DNA of 64,000 nt from an uncultured cyanobacterium (GTDB taxonomy: Bacteria; Cyanobacteriota; Cyanobacteriia; Cyanobacteriales; Nostocaceae). Under the pieces are notes generated by a model. It saw only the letters and a list, made by a program, of their open reading frames with translations. It made no database searches and was not told where the DNA came from. The stretch is taken from contig CAVUDP010000001.1 of NCBI GenBank assembly GCA_963740315.1, positions 1,152,001 to 1,216,000 of the forward strand, written 5' to 3'. A program made the translations under genes and the position numbers. This document shows, piece by piece, positions 50,832 to 61,611 of this stretch. Positions within the stretch are counted from its first letter, which is position 1; every line of letters begins with the position of its first letter.

Positions 50832-53747
50832 TTAAACACCGCTACAGCTTGGCATTTGATTCCAAGATTGATTGTTAGTAACCGTACCTGTTTGATTATC
50901 TGCAACTAAATATATCTCCCCGTTTTTATCCTTCACTAATCCAGTCGCTTCAACAATCGCTGGCTTTGGATTTGCAACAGAATAATTAGAAGTTTCTTCT
51001 CTTTTAAAAGCGGTTCGCAAATCTGACCATAAGATTGTACCTCTTAAAGTTGTCGTAGGATTCTGTGGTAAACCACCTCTATTGCTAACAGTAAAATTAT
51101 TTCCTTTTTGTGCCGCACATCCAGCACTAATTTGATTATCTACGTCCATAACAGTTGTTGGTAGCTCATTTACTCCCGCATTTGGATCTATATCAGGGGT
51201 GTTAAGCTGTACCGTACCGTTAAATTCTGCTCCTCGATTAGAACTTGCAGTAATATCGCTTTCTGAGGTTAATTTAGAGCGCTCTTTGATACCGAAAATA
51301 CCTTGAGCATTAATAGTTACTCGTCCGCCAAAACCTTCCGCAGCATTCGCTGTAATATCGCTGTTTTGCAGACCGACTAAAGTATCAGTTTTGATAAATA
51401 TATTACCGCCATCGGAACTGTTAGCAGCGTTGCTGGTAATGCTGCTTTCTCGAATTTGCAGATTTCGCGATTCTATATTGATATTACCTTTGTCACCAGC
51501 ATTGGTATTTGCAGTAATCGTACCTTGATTTTTGAGTAAAATAAAAGGCGAATTGATATTGATATTTCCCGCAGCGCCAGTACCCGCCAAACCTCGTATA
51601 TTTTCGGGATCGCTACTGAGGAAATTACTGGCATTGATAGTTGCGCGATCGCGAATAATTAATTTTTTACTAATTAGATTTAAATCTCCACCTTCACCGT
51701 TACTTACTACCGCATTTGCAAATAAACCGCTGAGGCTGCGCGGACTTGAACCAATTAATTCCACTAAATCAGCTTTTATCTGCATATTCCCAGCGTTTCC
51801 CGAACCTGATGTACTAACGGATATTTGAGCGCCATCGCGAACTCGCAAGCTTCCGGTTTGAATATTTAATTTACCACCCGTACCCGTACCCGTACCCAAA
51901 AAATCTGGCGCTCCCGGTATTTTCTGTACTCCTGCAACAATACTGCTCGGACCATTTTGTGCTATACCAACAAGTTCTATATCTTTAGCGGTAAGTTGCA
52001 AATCTCCGGCTTTCCCGAAACCAAAAGTACTGGAAGATATTTGAGCGCCGTTAGTAACTTTTAAACTATCGGTTTCAATAGATAGACTTCCACCATTACC
52101 TCTGGCACCTGGAGCCACATCAGTTGCGATCGCGGTTGGTGCAAATTCAGAAAAGCCAGTAATTTCGATATTTTTTGCAGCGATGTTTAATTTTGCAGCA
52201 TTACCTCTACCAGAAGTACGGCTCGATATTTGACCACCATCTTTTATTTGTAAACTTTCTGTTTTTATATTTATATTCCCTCCATCTCCACTGGCTTGTG
52301 AAAGGACAACAGATAATATGCCGCTCGGACCATTTTGTGATACACCGAAAATTTCTATATCTTTAGCTGTAACTTGTAAATTTCCGGCGTTACCAGAGCT
52401 AAAGGTACTGGAAAATATGCGAGCGCCGTTAGTGATTTGTAAGCGATCGGTTTCAAGACTTAAAGTCCCACCGTTACCTGTTCCACCAGGAGCAACCGGG
52501 GTAAATAAACCACTTGGTCCCAAGGGAGAAAAACTATCTAATTGTATATTCTTAGCTTTAACGTTCAATTGTCCAGCATTGCCACTACCAAAGGTTGCGC
52601 TCGATATTTGACCGCCGTTTACTATCTTTAAGCTGCTAGTTTCAATATTAATTTTACCGCCGTTTCCACTTGCTTTGGGTGCGACATCAGCTAAAATACT
52701 GCTGAAAACTTGGTTATTAGGATTTAAAACAAAGCCTTTTACTTCTAATAATTCCGATGCAGAAACATTGATTTCTCCTCCAGAACCGTTGCCAAGAGTA
52801 TCTGAGATAATAACCGAACCATTTTCAACACTGATATCTTTACCTTTAATTTGAATGCTGCCGCCGCTATTACCACTGGTATTTACAGAAGCAGAGTTAA
52901 GCAGATTAATATTACTGTAGTTAATTGCTTTTGGTTCTAACTTTAATTTACCGTTGTTATTAACTAAAGAAACCTCACCCTGTTTTACCGACCATAATTC
53001 AACTTTACCTGAAGGAAAAGTAACGTTTCCCCCATCAAGAATTATTTTGTTACCAATAAGGGCTAAAGTTTGATTATTTGAATTTTGATAATTTAGTCCA
53101 GAAGGACGATTGCTTGTATCTATAGAAAAATCTGGATTTACTTTTATATTATTACCAGAGCCGTTAATATTTATAGCGCCGTTAGAATTAGAACCAAACT
53201 GCAAACCTACGGGAACGCTGATAGTAAGTAGAGGCTTTGTTGAAGGGTTAACAGCACTGAATTCTCTTCCATCAGCAAAGTTGATTTTATCCGCAGTCGA
53301 ACCAATAAACGAGCCACCGATATCTAATGCTGCATTCGGACCAAAAATAATTCCTTGGGGATTAATCAGAAATAGATTCGCCGTACTGGGTTTTACCCCA
53401 TCAATCCAAGTTTGAATCGTACCGTTGATATTAGAAACCGAACCACCAGTTACTCGTGTAAGAATATTTTGAATCCCTGCATCGTGAACAAAACGTGCAG
53501 TATCGCCAGATTGAATCGAAAATTCTTGCAAACTGTGGAAGAGATTTGCAGCGTTTTGAGGTCTGCTTCCACCAGTAATTTCGTATATTCGGGCTTTTAC
53601 ATTGTTAACTGAGGTTGGTGTAGGTAGGGTGCGATCGCCACTTATTCTTTGAGCTTGGGTTGGTAATGGTGCTTGAAAAAGCGAAGAAATACCAATAAAT
53701 AAGAGGATTCTTTTGAATTTTAACGGCGAATAAGTGGTAAAGCACAT
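50832..53747 (-). CDS. filamentous haemagglutinin N-terminal (TPS) domain exoprotein
   Basis: NLFHSLQEF, RVTGG and LFLINPQGIIFGPNA TPS domain; repeated GNAG.L.I beta-helix units; C-terminal RGGLP. Confidence 0.9.
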   Translation of the reverse strand: MCFTTYSPLKFKRILLFIGISSLFQAPLPTQAQRISGDRTLPTPTSVNNVKARIYEITGGSRPQNAANLFHSLQEFSIQSGDTARFVHDAGIQNILTRVTGGSVSNINGTIQTWIDGVKPSTANLFLINPQGIIFGPNAALDIGGSFIGSTADKINFADGREFSAVNPSTKPLLTISVPVGLQFGSNSNGAININGSGNNIKVNPDFSIDTSNRPSGLNYQNSNNQTLALIGNKIILDGGNVTFPSGKVELWSVKQGEVSLVNNNGKLKLEPKAINYSNINLLNSASVNTSGNSGGSIQIKGKDISVENGSVIISDTLGNGSGGEINVSASELLEVKGFVLNPNNQVFSSILADVAPKASGNGGKINIETSSLKIVNGGQISSATFGSGNAGQLNVKAKNIQLDSFSPLGPSGLFTPVAPGGTGNGGTLSLETDRLQITNGARIFSSTFSSGNAGNLQVTAKDIEIFGVSQNGPSGILSVVLSQASGDGGNINIKTESLQIKDGGQISSRTSGRGNAAKLNIAAKNIEITGFSEFAPTAIATDVAPGARGNGGSLSIETDSLKVTNGAQISSSTFGFGKAGDLQLTAKDIELVGIAQNGPSSIVAGVQKIPGAPDFLGTGTGTGGKLNIQTGSLRVRDGAQISVSTSGSGNAGNMQIKADLVELIGSSPRSLSGLFANAVVSNGEGGDLNLISKKLIIRDRATINASNFLSSDPENIRGLAGTGAAGNININSPFILLKNQGTITANTNAGDKGNINIESRNLQIRESSITSNAANSSDGGNIFIKTDTLVGLQNSDITANAAEGFGGRVTINAQGIFGIKERSKLTSESDITASSNRGAEFNGTVQLNTPDIDPNAGVNELPTTVMDVDNQISAGCAAQKGNNFTVSNRGGLPQNPTTTLRGTILWSDLRTAFKREETSNYSVANPKPAIVEATGLVKDKNGEIYLVADNQTGTVTNNQSWNQMPSCSGV

Positions 53748-53790
53748 TTATGTTTTCTTCATAACTGCTGAGATGCAAAATCCATTTTAT

Positions 53791-55275
53791 TTACTCAGCA
53801 TTACGCTTGCGTCCGAGAAAACCCTGAGAACGAGAAATTATTGCAAATAAGCCTAACCCTAGTAACCCAACCAATGAAGTAGGTTCGGGAGTTGATTTTA
53901 CTTCCACCGAACTTGATTCATTAAAATCCATCTTTTGCCAAGCCAGATTTTGCCAAAAACCGTCTTGCTCAAATTCTGCATGGGACTGATTAAAACCATT
54001 CCAACCCGACCACGAACCATCCCAACCCATCTTATAGCCTTCGTAACCCCATTCGTAGATTTTGCCACTTCTACGAATCATTTTGTCTAACAATGTAATG
54101 CGATCGTCGATGTTGTCTGTGTTTTTATCTATCCACTGCGACGGTGTATACGAACTTCCAAATTTTTGTAGTAGTTCCGTCTGTGCATCGTTGTACAAAG
54201 TATTGAAATTAATATTATTCTGCCGCACATCCCAACCTAATAGATCCATTGCAGTCAAATCGAGGTTTTTAGCAAGTCTTCTCTGCCCCGTACCCAAAGT
54301 AGGGTCCATAATACCTAACACATTGCTTTGTTGTTTCCAATGACTTGATTGATATCCATCACCACCTAAATTCCCATCTTCTCCAGTCGCAAATTTAGCA
54401 ATACTTGTGTTCCCTCCGTCAAAAGAAAAGAAAGGGTTTCCACCGACTGATAGATCGGGCATTCTATTGCCTGAACTATTAGAATCAGAAGAATAGCGGT
54501 ATAAGTCAAGAAGAGTTATATGTTCTTTTGCTTTATAGCCAGTGTCTTGCGTATTACGTTTTTTCTCTAATTTGACAGCATTTAACCATCCAGGATCGTC
54601 TCCAGAACTGACAAACCCCAAAGTATGACCTAGCTCGTGTACAGCCATGCTAAATAAATCTAAAGTACCTTTAGCAACGGTATTGCTTTGGTAATTTTGA
54701 TTCCAAGATACCTTTTTTGTCAGGTTACTAAGGTCACTAATTAGAATGTAACCATCTAAATCTTGGTAATCACGGTCATTTTTTGATATTTTTCCTAAAG
54801 CTTTAGCACTAGCACGAGTAAGGCTAACTTCACTTATATATTCAAACTCCTTACCATCAACCATTAGGCTATATGTCGAGCCATGTCGATCCACATTAAA
54901 ACTATCAAAGGCTTTTCTATCGGTATTTGAGGTGATATCTTTGTGAAAATCACTCCGAAAATGTTGATATTGTTTGTATTGCGTCATTCCCGGTAATGCG
55001 CCGCCAATTACGTTTTCAGGTAACATATTTGTTGATTCGACAAATACGTTTACGGTGACATCATCTGTTAAATAATTTGACCAATATTTACCAGCCATCT
55101 CGAAGCCCAACATCTGCTCGTGACTGACTCCGGGTGCATAGCTAAAGTTAAAATTTAATGCTTGTGCGGGTAATGTCGTAATTAATAGGGTGCTGACGGA
55201 AAGCAAAGATTGCAGAATAAACTTACCTGTTGAAAAGAATTTGTTTCTACAGTTTATAGATTGATTTATTTTCAT
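53791..55275 (-). CDS. PEP-CTERM zinc metalloprotease (HExxH.LGF type)
   Basis: Signal peptide ending PAQA; HELGHTLGF; SHWK and IMDP motifs; C-terminal TPEPTS, TM helix and basic tail. Confidence 0.85.
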   Translation of the reverse strand: MKINQSINCRNKFFSTGKFILQSLLSVSTLLITTLPAQALNFNFSYAPGVSHEQMLGFEMAGKYWSNYLTDDVTVNVFVESTNMLPENVIGGALPGMTQYKQYQHFRSDFHKDITSNTDRKAFDSFNVDRHGSTYSLMVDGKEFEYISEVSLTRASAKALGKISKNDRDYQDLDGYILISDLSNLTKKVSWNQNYQSNTVAKGTLDLFSMAVHELGHTLGFVSSGDDPGWLNAVKLEKKRNTQDTGYKAKEHITLLDLYRYSSDSNSSGNRMPDLSVGGNPFFSFDGGNTSIAKFATGEDGNLGGDGYQSSHWKQQSNVLGIMDPTLGTGQRRLAKNLDLTAMDLLGWDVRQNNINFNTLYNDAQTELLQKFGSSYTPSQWIDKNTDNIDDRITLLDKMIRRSGKIYEWGYEGYKMGWDGSWSGWNGFNQSHAEFEQDGFWQNLAWQKMDFNESSSVEVKSTPEPTSLVGLLGLGLFAIISRSQGFLGRKRNAE

Positions 55276-55675
55276 TTTTCCCTAATTTACTAGCAATAAA
55301 TACAGCCGATTCATTACTATCTAATTTAGGTTAAAGAATATTTAATATAAACCTGTAAATTACTTATAAAGTCATACTTTAAGTTAATTTAATAGATAAT
55401 TTATAATTGTGGCAAAAATTCTTCTTTATGGTGTTTTTTATCTGAAGCTGTTTTAAAGAATAGCGTTAACTGTATTTTTAATTACTTAACATTTTTGATA
55501 GGTACGGATGAGATATGTTTCAAAATATAGTTTATGTAAAAACGAAGCTTTAATCTTAAGTATATTTCCTGAAAATGCCTGTAGCGAATGAAATATATTT
55601 GATTTAGAATTCTTTGATAACTTAAAGAAAGTGGTAGAGCAGATTTTTATTTTGTTATTCTTTCTCATATTTTAT

Positions 55676-57166
55676 TTACTTAGCATCATCCTTGCGACAG
55701 AGAAAACTCTGATAACGAGAAATAATTCCTAATAAGCTTAATCCTAGCAATCCAATTAAAGAAGTAGGTTCGGGAGTTGATTTTACTTTCAGCGAACTTG
55801 ATTCATTAAAATCCATCTTTTGCCAAGCCACATTCTGCCAAAAACCATCTTGTTCAAGTTCTGCACGAGATTGCCAATAACCATTCCAACCCGACCAGGA
55901 ACCATCCCAGCCCCACTGATAGCCTTTCCAACCCCATTGGTAAATATCGCCGCTGTTATCAATCATTTCGTTCAATAATTCACCGCGATCGTCTTCCTTG
56001 TTTCCGTCTTTATCTATCCACTGCGACGGTGTAAACGAACTACCAAATTTTTGTAATAGTTGCGTCTGGGCATCGTTGTACAAAGTATTGAAATCAATAT
56101 TTCCCTGCTGCACATCCCAACCCAATACATCCATTGTGGTTAAGTCAAGATTTGTAACTTGTCTCCTTTGCCCTAAGCCCAGAGTGGGGTCCATAATACC
56201 TAAAACATTGCTTTGCTGTTTCCAATGACTCGACTGATATCCATCACCACCTAATTCCCCATCTTCCCCAGCCGCAAACTTAGCAATAGTTGTTTTTCCT
56301 CTGTCAAGTGAGAAGAAAGGGTTGCCACCAATCGAAACATCAGCCATCCCCAATTGTTTATCTGCTGTCTTGTCAGATGAAGTACTTTGATCTGAATAAC
56401 GATATAAGTCAAGAAGAGTAATATGTCCCTGTGCTTTATCAGCTTTGGCTGGTTTACCATTACTTCTTTCTTTTTTGACAGATTTTATCCATCCTGGATC
56501 GTCTCCAGAACTAACAAAGCCAAGAGTATGACCTAGCTCGTGTACAGCCATGCTAAATAAATCTAAAGTACCGCCAGCAATATTATCGCTTTGATAATTT
56601 TGATTCCAAGATAATTGTCCTGTAATATTACTGAGGTCGCTAATCAGAATGTAACCATCTAAGCCTTGGTCATCTCCTGATATTTTCCCTAAAGCTTTAG
56701 CGCTCGCACGGGTGACGTTAACCTCTTTCATATTCGCAAATACGGTTCCATCAGCCATGATGCTATATTTGTTTCCATTTGTATCCGTATTAAAACTGTT
56801 AAAAGCATCTGCATCTGCGGTTGAGGTGATATCCCCTTCAAACGCACTTCGGAAGTCTCTATGGTGTTTGAATTGCGCCATCCCCGGCAATGCTCCCCCA
56901 ATCACGTTTTCGGGTAACATACTTGTTGTCTCAACAAATACGTTTACGGTGACATCATCCGTTAGATAATTTGACCAATACTTACCAGCCATCTCGAAAC
57001 CAAGCATTTGCTCGTAACTGGTTTGGGGTGCATAGGTAAAGTTAAAATTTAATGCTTGTGCGGGCAATGTCGCAACTAATACGGTGCTGAGGGAAAGTAA
57101 GCTTTGTAAAAGAAGTCTTCCTTGAGACAGCTTATTTTTGGAATTTCTAGATTTATTATTTTTCAT
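55676..57166 (-). CDS. PEP-CTERM zinc metalloprotease, tandem paralogue
   Basis: Same architecture and long identical blocks shared with 53791-55275. Confidence 0.85.
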   Translation of the reverse strand: MKNNKSRNSKNKLSQGRLLLQSLLSLSTVLVATLPAQALNFNFTYAPQTSYEQMLGFEMAGKYWSNYLTDDVTVNVFVETTSMLPENVIGGALPGMAQFKHHRDFRSAFEGDITSTADADAFNSFNTDTNGNKYSIMADGTVFANMKEVNVTRASAKALGKISGDDQGLDGYILISDLSNITGQLSWNQNYQSDNIAGGTLDLFSMAVHELGHTLGFVSSGDDPGWIKSVKKERSNGKPAKADKAQGHITLLDLYRYSDQSTSSDKTADKQLGMADVSIGGNPFFSLDRGKTTIAKFAAGEDGELGGDGYQSSHWKQQSNVLGIMDPTLGLGQRRQVTNLDLTTMDVLGWDVQQGNIDFNTLYNDAQTQLLQKFGSSFTPSQWIDKDGNKEDDRGELLNEMIDNSGDIYQWGWKGYQWGWDGSWSGWNGYWQSRAELEQDGFWQNVAWQKMDFNESSSLKVKSTPEPTSLIGLLGLSLLGIISRYQSFLCRKDDAK

Positions 57167-57676
57167 TTCTATTAAATAGCTTAGTAATAGATGTAACAGT
57201 GCAACTACTATCTAAGCTATAAAAGAATATGCTGAATTTCAAACCCAGAAGTTACCTACAAAACCATATCTTTAAGGTAATTAATCAATAATTTATAATC
57301 GGATTTTTGATAGTTAATATGTAATTCCACTGAACTAATTATTGTTTTAATTACTGTTAGCGGCAATCCAAAAGTTTGTTTATAAATTAGTTTTTCGAGA
57401 TTAGCAACTATTCAAATCAACTTGATATTATTCATATTTTGCACAATTGTCTCTATTCCCGGAATATTTTCGTAAAAACACGATCTTTTGACCGTGCATC
57501 CAGCAAGAAACCAGCTAACAAGCGAGCTTGCTCATCATGCATTCCGCTTGCTCCAAAACCGATCGGAAACAGAGCTTTCATAAGCCCTGTTGAAAATAAG
57601 TTTTATTTCAGTAAATTGCGCTACAATAATTCCAGTTTTGGCTGAAGACAAAACGTAAGTGCATCTACTTTAAACA

Positions 57677-59095
57677 TCAGGGTAGTATCTTTTGTTCCAA
57701 TCTCCGCTTAATTTCCTCTGGTAACTTATCTAGCGAAACTTCAACTTGTTCGCCAGATTTCAAATCCTTTAAATTAGACTTTTGTGAGAAAGCTTCATCA
57801 GCACCGATAATTACGCAATATTGAATTCCTTGTTTGTCAGCCAGTTGAAACTGCTTACCCAAACCGCGTTTATCAAAGCTGGTAATTACATTGATACCTG
57901 CTTGACGAAGCTGTTGAGATACCTTTAAATAAAGTGGCATTAAATCGGCTTGTAAATTAACCACCATTACCTGTGCTGGTGTCGCAGATAAAGTCTTTAA
58001 AATATCGGCTTTTAATAACCTACTCATCAACCGAGTTAAACCGATAGAAATACCTACTCCAGGCATTTTCTCGCCTAAAAACGTTCCTACTAACTCTTCA
58101 TATCTACCGCCAGAACAAATACTTCCTAACGCTTCATGTCCTAATAAAGTTGTTTCGTAAACCGTGCCAGTATAATAATCTAAACCCCGTGCGATCGATA
58201 AGTCAATGCAGTAACGGTTATCGGCAACTCCCAAATCGCGAACTCCAGAAATAACTGTTTCTAATTCATTCACGCCAAGATTAAATTGTTCGGCTTCCGG
58301 CATACTTTGGGCAAGATGTTTGAGTTTATCCAACACCTCATCCTTTGAACCTTTAATATTAATAAATTCAATAATTTTTTCAGTTTGTTCCGGCGAAATC
58401 CCTTCTTTTTCTAACTCTCGTTTAACCTTGGTTTCGCCAATCTTTTCTAAATTATCAACTATTCCGACACAAGTTTTAATTTTCTCTTCGGTAACACCAG
58501 CCGACTGAAAAAAACCAGTCAAAACCTTACGGTTATTTATCCGAATCAGAAAATCGCCAATATTAACCGCTTCAAATATCTCAGATATAATAGCAGGCAT
58601 TTGAGCATCATAAAGCAAACTCAATTCCCGGCGAGCGATAACATCAATATCGCACTGACGAAACTGACGAAAACGTCCATCTTTTGCTCTTTCTCCGCGA
58701 AACACAACATCCATTTGATAACGCGCAAACGGAAAAGTTAAATTATTTAAATTTCGGGCAATATAAGCCGCCAACGGCACAGTTTGGTCAAATTTTAACG
58801 CCCTAGCTTCTGAATTATTATCATCGGATTTATCCTTACCCGATTGCTCTTTCTGGGCTTGTTTATTCGGCGGCAAAATCGGACTAATACCGTAGACAAT
58901 ATTATCACCTTGATTTCCTTTCGCTTGCAAAACCTCCAAACGTTCCACAGCAGGCGTTTCAATCGGAGTAAATCCGTAACTTTCATACACTTTACGGATA
59001 GTATCCATCAAATAAGATTCTAAGCGCTTCTCACCAGGTAAGAATTCTGGAAAACCGCTGGGGTTTGAATAATTTATTTTTTCAGATTTAGGCAT
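57677..59095 (-). CDS. hisS: histidine--tRNA ligase
   Basis: GRFRQFRQCD, ARGLDYYTG and SGGRY motifs; C-terminal anticodon-binding domain. Confidence 0.96.
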   Translation of the reverse strand: MPKSEKINYSNPSGFPEFLPGEKRLESYLMDTIRKVYESYGFTPIETPAVERLEVLQAKGNQGDNIVYGISPILPPNKQAQKEQSGKDKSDDNNSEARALKFDQTVPLAAYIARNLNNLTFPFARYQMDVVFRGERAKDGRFRQFRQCDIDVIARRELSLLYDAQMPAIISEIFEAVNIGDFLIRINNRKVLTGFFQSAGVTEEKIKTCVGIVDNLEKIGETKVKRELEKEGISPEQTEKIIEFINIKGSKDEVLDKLKHLAQSMPEAEQFNLGVNELETVISGVRDLGVADNRYCIDLSIARGLDYYTGTVYETTLLGHEALGSICSGGRYEELVGTFLGEKMPGVGISIGLTRLMSRLLKADILKTLSATPAQVMVVNLQADLMPLYLKVSQQLRQAGINVITSFDKRGLGKQFQLADKQGIQYCVIIGADEAFSQKSNLKDLKSGEQVEVSLDKLPEEIKRRLEQKILP

Positions 59096-59271
59096 AATCA
59101 ATTATCAAGTAATGAAGAATGGGTTTGTGGTGTTCGCATCTTGCTGACTAATATATATGATGTACTGTAGGCATGGGCTTTTAGCTTACAAAAAAGCTTT
59201 GAGTATTATAGTATTTCATTTCGCTAAACTAGTGTTGGGGAGAATAAATAACTATTGGGAAGGCTATATTT

Positions 59272-60045
59272 ATGCAAGTATTTCGTTTAGCGGCACTGTC
59301 AGATAATTACATATTTTTGCTATACGATCGCAAACAAAATATTGCTGCTGTAGTCGATCCAGCACAAGCAAAACCTGTTTTAACTAAGCTTGGCGAACTG
59401 AATGCGGATTTAGTCGCAATTTTTAATACCCACCATCATTTCGATCACGTAGGCGGCAATCAAAAGTTAATTGAAAAATTCCCGCAACTGACAGTCTACG
59501 GTGGAAGCTCCGATAAAGGCAGAATTCCCGGACAAAAAGTCTTTTTAGAAGATGGATCTCGCGTTAATTTTGGATCTCGCACCGCCGAGGTTTTGTTCGT
59601 TCCCGGACATACCCGTGCCCATATCGCGTACTATTTTCCTCCCGAACATTCAGAAGAGACGGGAGAGTTATTTTGTGGAGACACTTTATTTGCTGGCGGT
59701 TGCGGTCGCTTGTTTGAAGGAACACCAGAGCAGATGGTAAATTCCCTGAGTAAAATTCGCGCTTTACCCGACAATACGCGGGTTTGGTGTGCCCACGAGT
59801 ATACTTTGAACAATTTAAAATTCGCTATCACCGTGGATGGTGAAAACCCCGAACTTCAGCAGCGATTTGAGCAAGTCAAAGCACATCGCAGCCGAAATGA
59901 AGCTACCGTTCCCTCGTTATTGGGAGTAGAAAAACACACCAATCCGTTTCTGAGATGGGAAGAACCAGCATTGCGATCGGCTGCAAAAAGTAGCGATGCG
60001 GTGCAAACCTTCGCGTGGATACGGGGGATGAAAGATAATTTTTAA
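59272..60045 (+). CDS. gloB: hydroxyacylglutathione hydrolase (glyoxalase II)
   Basis: THHHFDHVGG, PGHT, GDTLF, CAHEYT and NPFLR motifs. Confidence 0.95.
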   Translation: MQVFRLAALSDNYIFLLYDRKQNIAAVVDPAQAKPVLTKLGELNADLVAIFNTHHHFDHVGGNQKLIEKFPQLTVYGGSSDKGRIPGQKVFLEDGSRVNFGSRTAEVLFVPGHTRAHIAYYFPPEHSEETGELFCGDTLFAGGCGRLFEGTPEQMVNSLSKIRALPDNTRVWCAHEYTLNNLKFAITVDGENPELQQRFEQVKAHRSRNEATVPSLLGVEKHTNPFLRWEEPALRSAAKSSDAVQTFAWIRGMKDNF

Positions 60046-60125
60046 GGGAGTAGGGAGTAGGGAGTAGGGAAGATAATTCTTAATTTTTAATTATTTGAAA
60101 TCAAACAATGTCTACAAAAACCGGA

Positions 60126-60404
60126 TCATACATCGGAGCGAAGAGTTCTCCAGTTTGTGTAATCGGTTTTAGGGGTTGTTTGATTTTGTTTAACTCGCTC
60201 TAACAATCCAGGAATTGCCGAAAGTTCTTGAGTTGCAGCTTCGCTTTCAGCATTTGCCAAGTAAGCCGCAAAATCAGCAAGCACCTGCAACCGTTCCGGT
60301 GATAGTTGCTTGAGTAAGTCATTAAGTTGGCTCTGTAACTCTCTCACAGATATCATATCCGTTGACGACCTATCATCCGTTGAAGAATTATCCGTGGTAT
60401 TCAT
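60126..60404 (-). CDS. small acidic protein, probable type II antitoxin
   Basis: LSPERLQVLADFAAYL, EATQELSAIPGLLERV and C-terminal WRTLRSDV pattern. Confidence 0.6.
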   Translation of the reverse strand: MNTTDNSSTDDRSSTDMISVRELQSQLNDLLKQLSPERLQVLADFAAYLANAESEAATQELSAIPGLLERVKQNQTTPKTDYTNWRTLRSDV

Positions 60405-60523
60405 CGCCTACTTCGCTATTTTCTAGGTTTTATGTCCATTGTAGAGTAACAAGTCTTAGGGAAAGATTATCTACTGCTTAAACAGATTTCGCAGAACTTC
60501 TTCGCAGTCATAAAATTTATCTA

Positions 60524-61102
60524 TTACACAGCCAAACCTTGCCACAAAAATGCGATCGCGTCCGAAATTGCATCCTCCGTGTCAATTACTTGGTGCGAAC
60601 CGATATTTTCTGATAATGCCAAGTTGTGTAAATACGAAAGCAAAACATTTGCAGCAGTTGCAACGTTATCTTTACGGATTCTTCCTAAATCTGCCTCCGC
60701 ATTTAAATACTCCGCAAGTCAATCGCCAAGTTGAATCGCAGGCATGGTATGACGTTGGACAAAATTTTGCATCTCGAAGGATGGATGGCTGATGAGCGAT
60801 AAAAAAATCGGCATCACTTCGCGAAAGTAGGAAACAATCTGCAAGCTTATTAATCTCAGGTTTTCACTTAAGTGTCTCTCTCCAGGATTCACACAGAATA
60901 TAGTATCAAGTTGAGCTTCTGGAAGTACCATTGCGGCAAAAAACAGGTCTTCTTTTGTCCCAAATCGCTGGAAAATCACTGCTTCGGAGATACCAACTGT
61001 TTTAGCAATAGCTCTTGTTGAAGCTTTCACTCCCTGTTTTATAAAGTGCGATCGCGCTACGTTCAAAATCTCTTCGTCTGTAATGGTTTTATTACGAGGC
61101 AT
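60524..61102 (-). pseudogene. TetR/AcrR regulator interrupted by one in-frame TGA (60721-60719)
   Basis: HTH STRAIAKTVGISEAVIFQRFGTKEDLF; same frame continues LAEYLNAEADLGRIR...FLWQGLAV* to 60524 (192 codons before the final stop). Confidence 0.85.
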
Positions 61103-61119
61103 TATTTTTCACTTTAATC

Positions 61120-61566
61120 TCACAATATAATGCCGTGTTCTCGGCGAATTTCTAGCAAAGACATTTCCTTGAGTTGGGACATTTCTTCAATAGCTAACTT
61201 CTTTTTCATACGTAAGCTTTTAAAAATAATACCGATGATGCGCGGAAGGCTGGTAAACCAGATACCTAACAACTTAAAATGCCCAATATTAGACAAAACA
61301 CTGCGATGCTCAAGGCTGGCAACTGCACGATGCATTTCATTGACTTTCGCGGTTGTTGCAAAAAGCATCCACAAATGTGCGGCGATTTCCTCTCGAATAG
61401 AAGTACCGCAGTTAAACAAAACGTGTACTGCATCATGCTGTTCTAATGCTTGTGTGACTTCTGCCGACATTTTGTTTGTCATGTCGTCTTCATGCTCTAA
61501 AGCACGTAATTTCTGAATTGCTTCACCCAAAGTAATCGAGGTATCGGAATCAAAATACTGATTCAT
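61120..61566 (-). CDS. hypothetical protein with HDxxH...E motif (Coq4-like)
   Basis: EQHDAVHVLFNCGTSIREE; 17 nt upstream of the TetR gene, likely co-transcribed. Confidence 0.65.
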   Translation of the reverse strand: MNQYFDSDTSITLGEAIQKLRALEHEDDMTNKMSAEVTQALEQHDAVHVLFNCGTSIREEIAAHLWMLFATTAKVNEMHRAVASLEHRSVLSNIGHFKLLGIWFTSLPRIIGIIFKSLRMKKKLAIEEMSQLKEMSLLEIRREHGIIL

Positions 61567-61597
61567 AAAAATGCTTTTAATCTAGTTTGTTTATAAA

Positions 61598-61611
61598 AGT
61601 AAGCACTTACT
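61598..61611. promoter_or_regulatory. candidate TetR operator palindrome AGTAAG-CA-CTTACT
   Basis: Perfect 6-bp arms just downstream of a minus-strand TATACT (61627-61622). Confidence 0.45.

Noticed and set aside
57430..57660. GC-richer patch downstream of hisS, possible gene remnant or ncRNA
   Set aside because: Minus-strand frames are interrupted, the plus-strand 68-aa ORF has no motif, and I could not support any family or structure
60550..60792. 80-aa plus-strand ORF
   Set aside because: Antisense to the C-terminal half of the interrupted TetR gene
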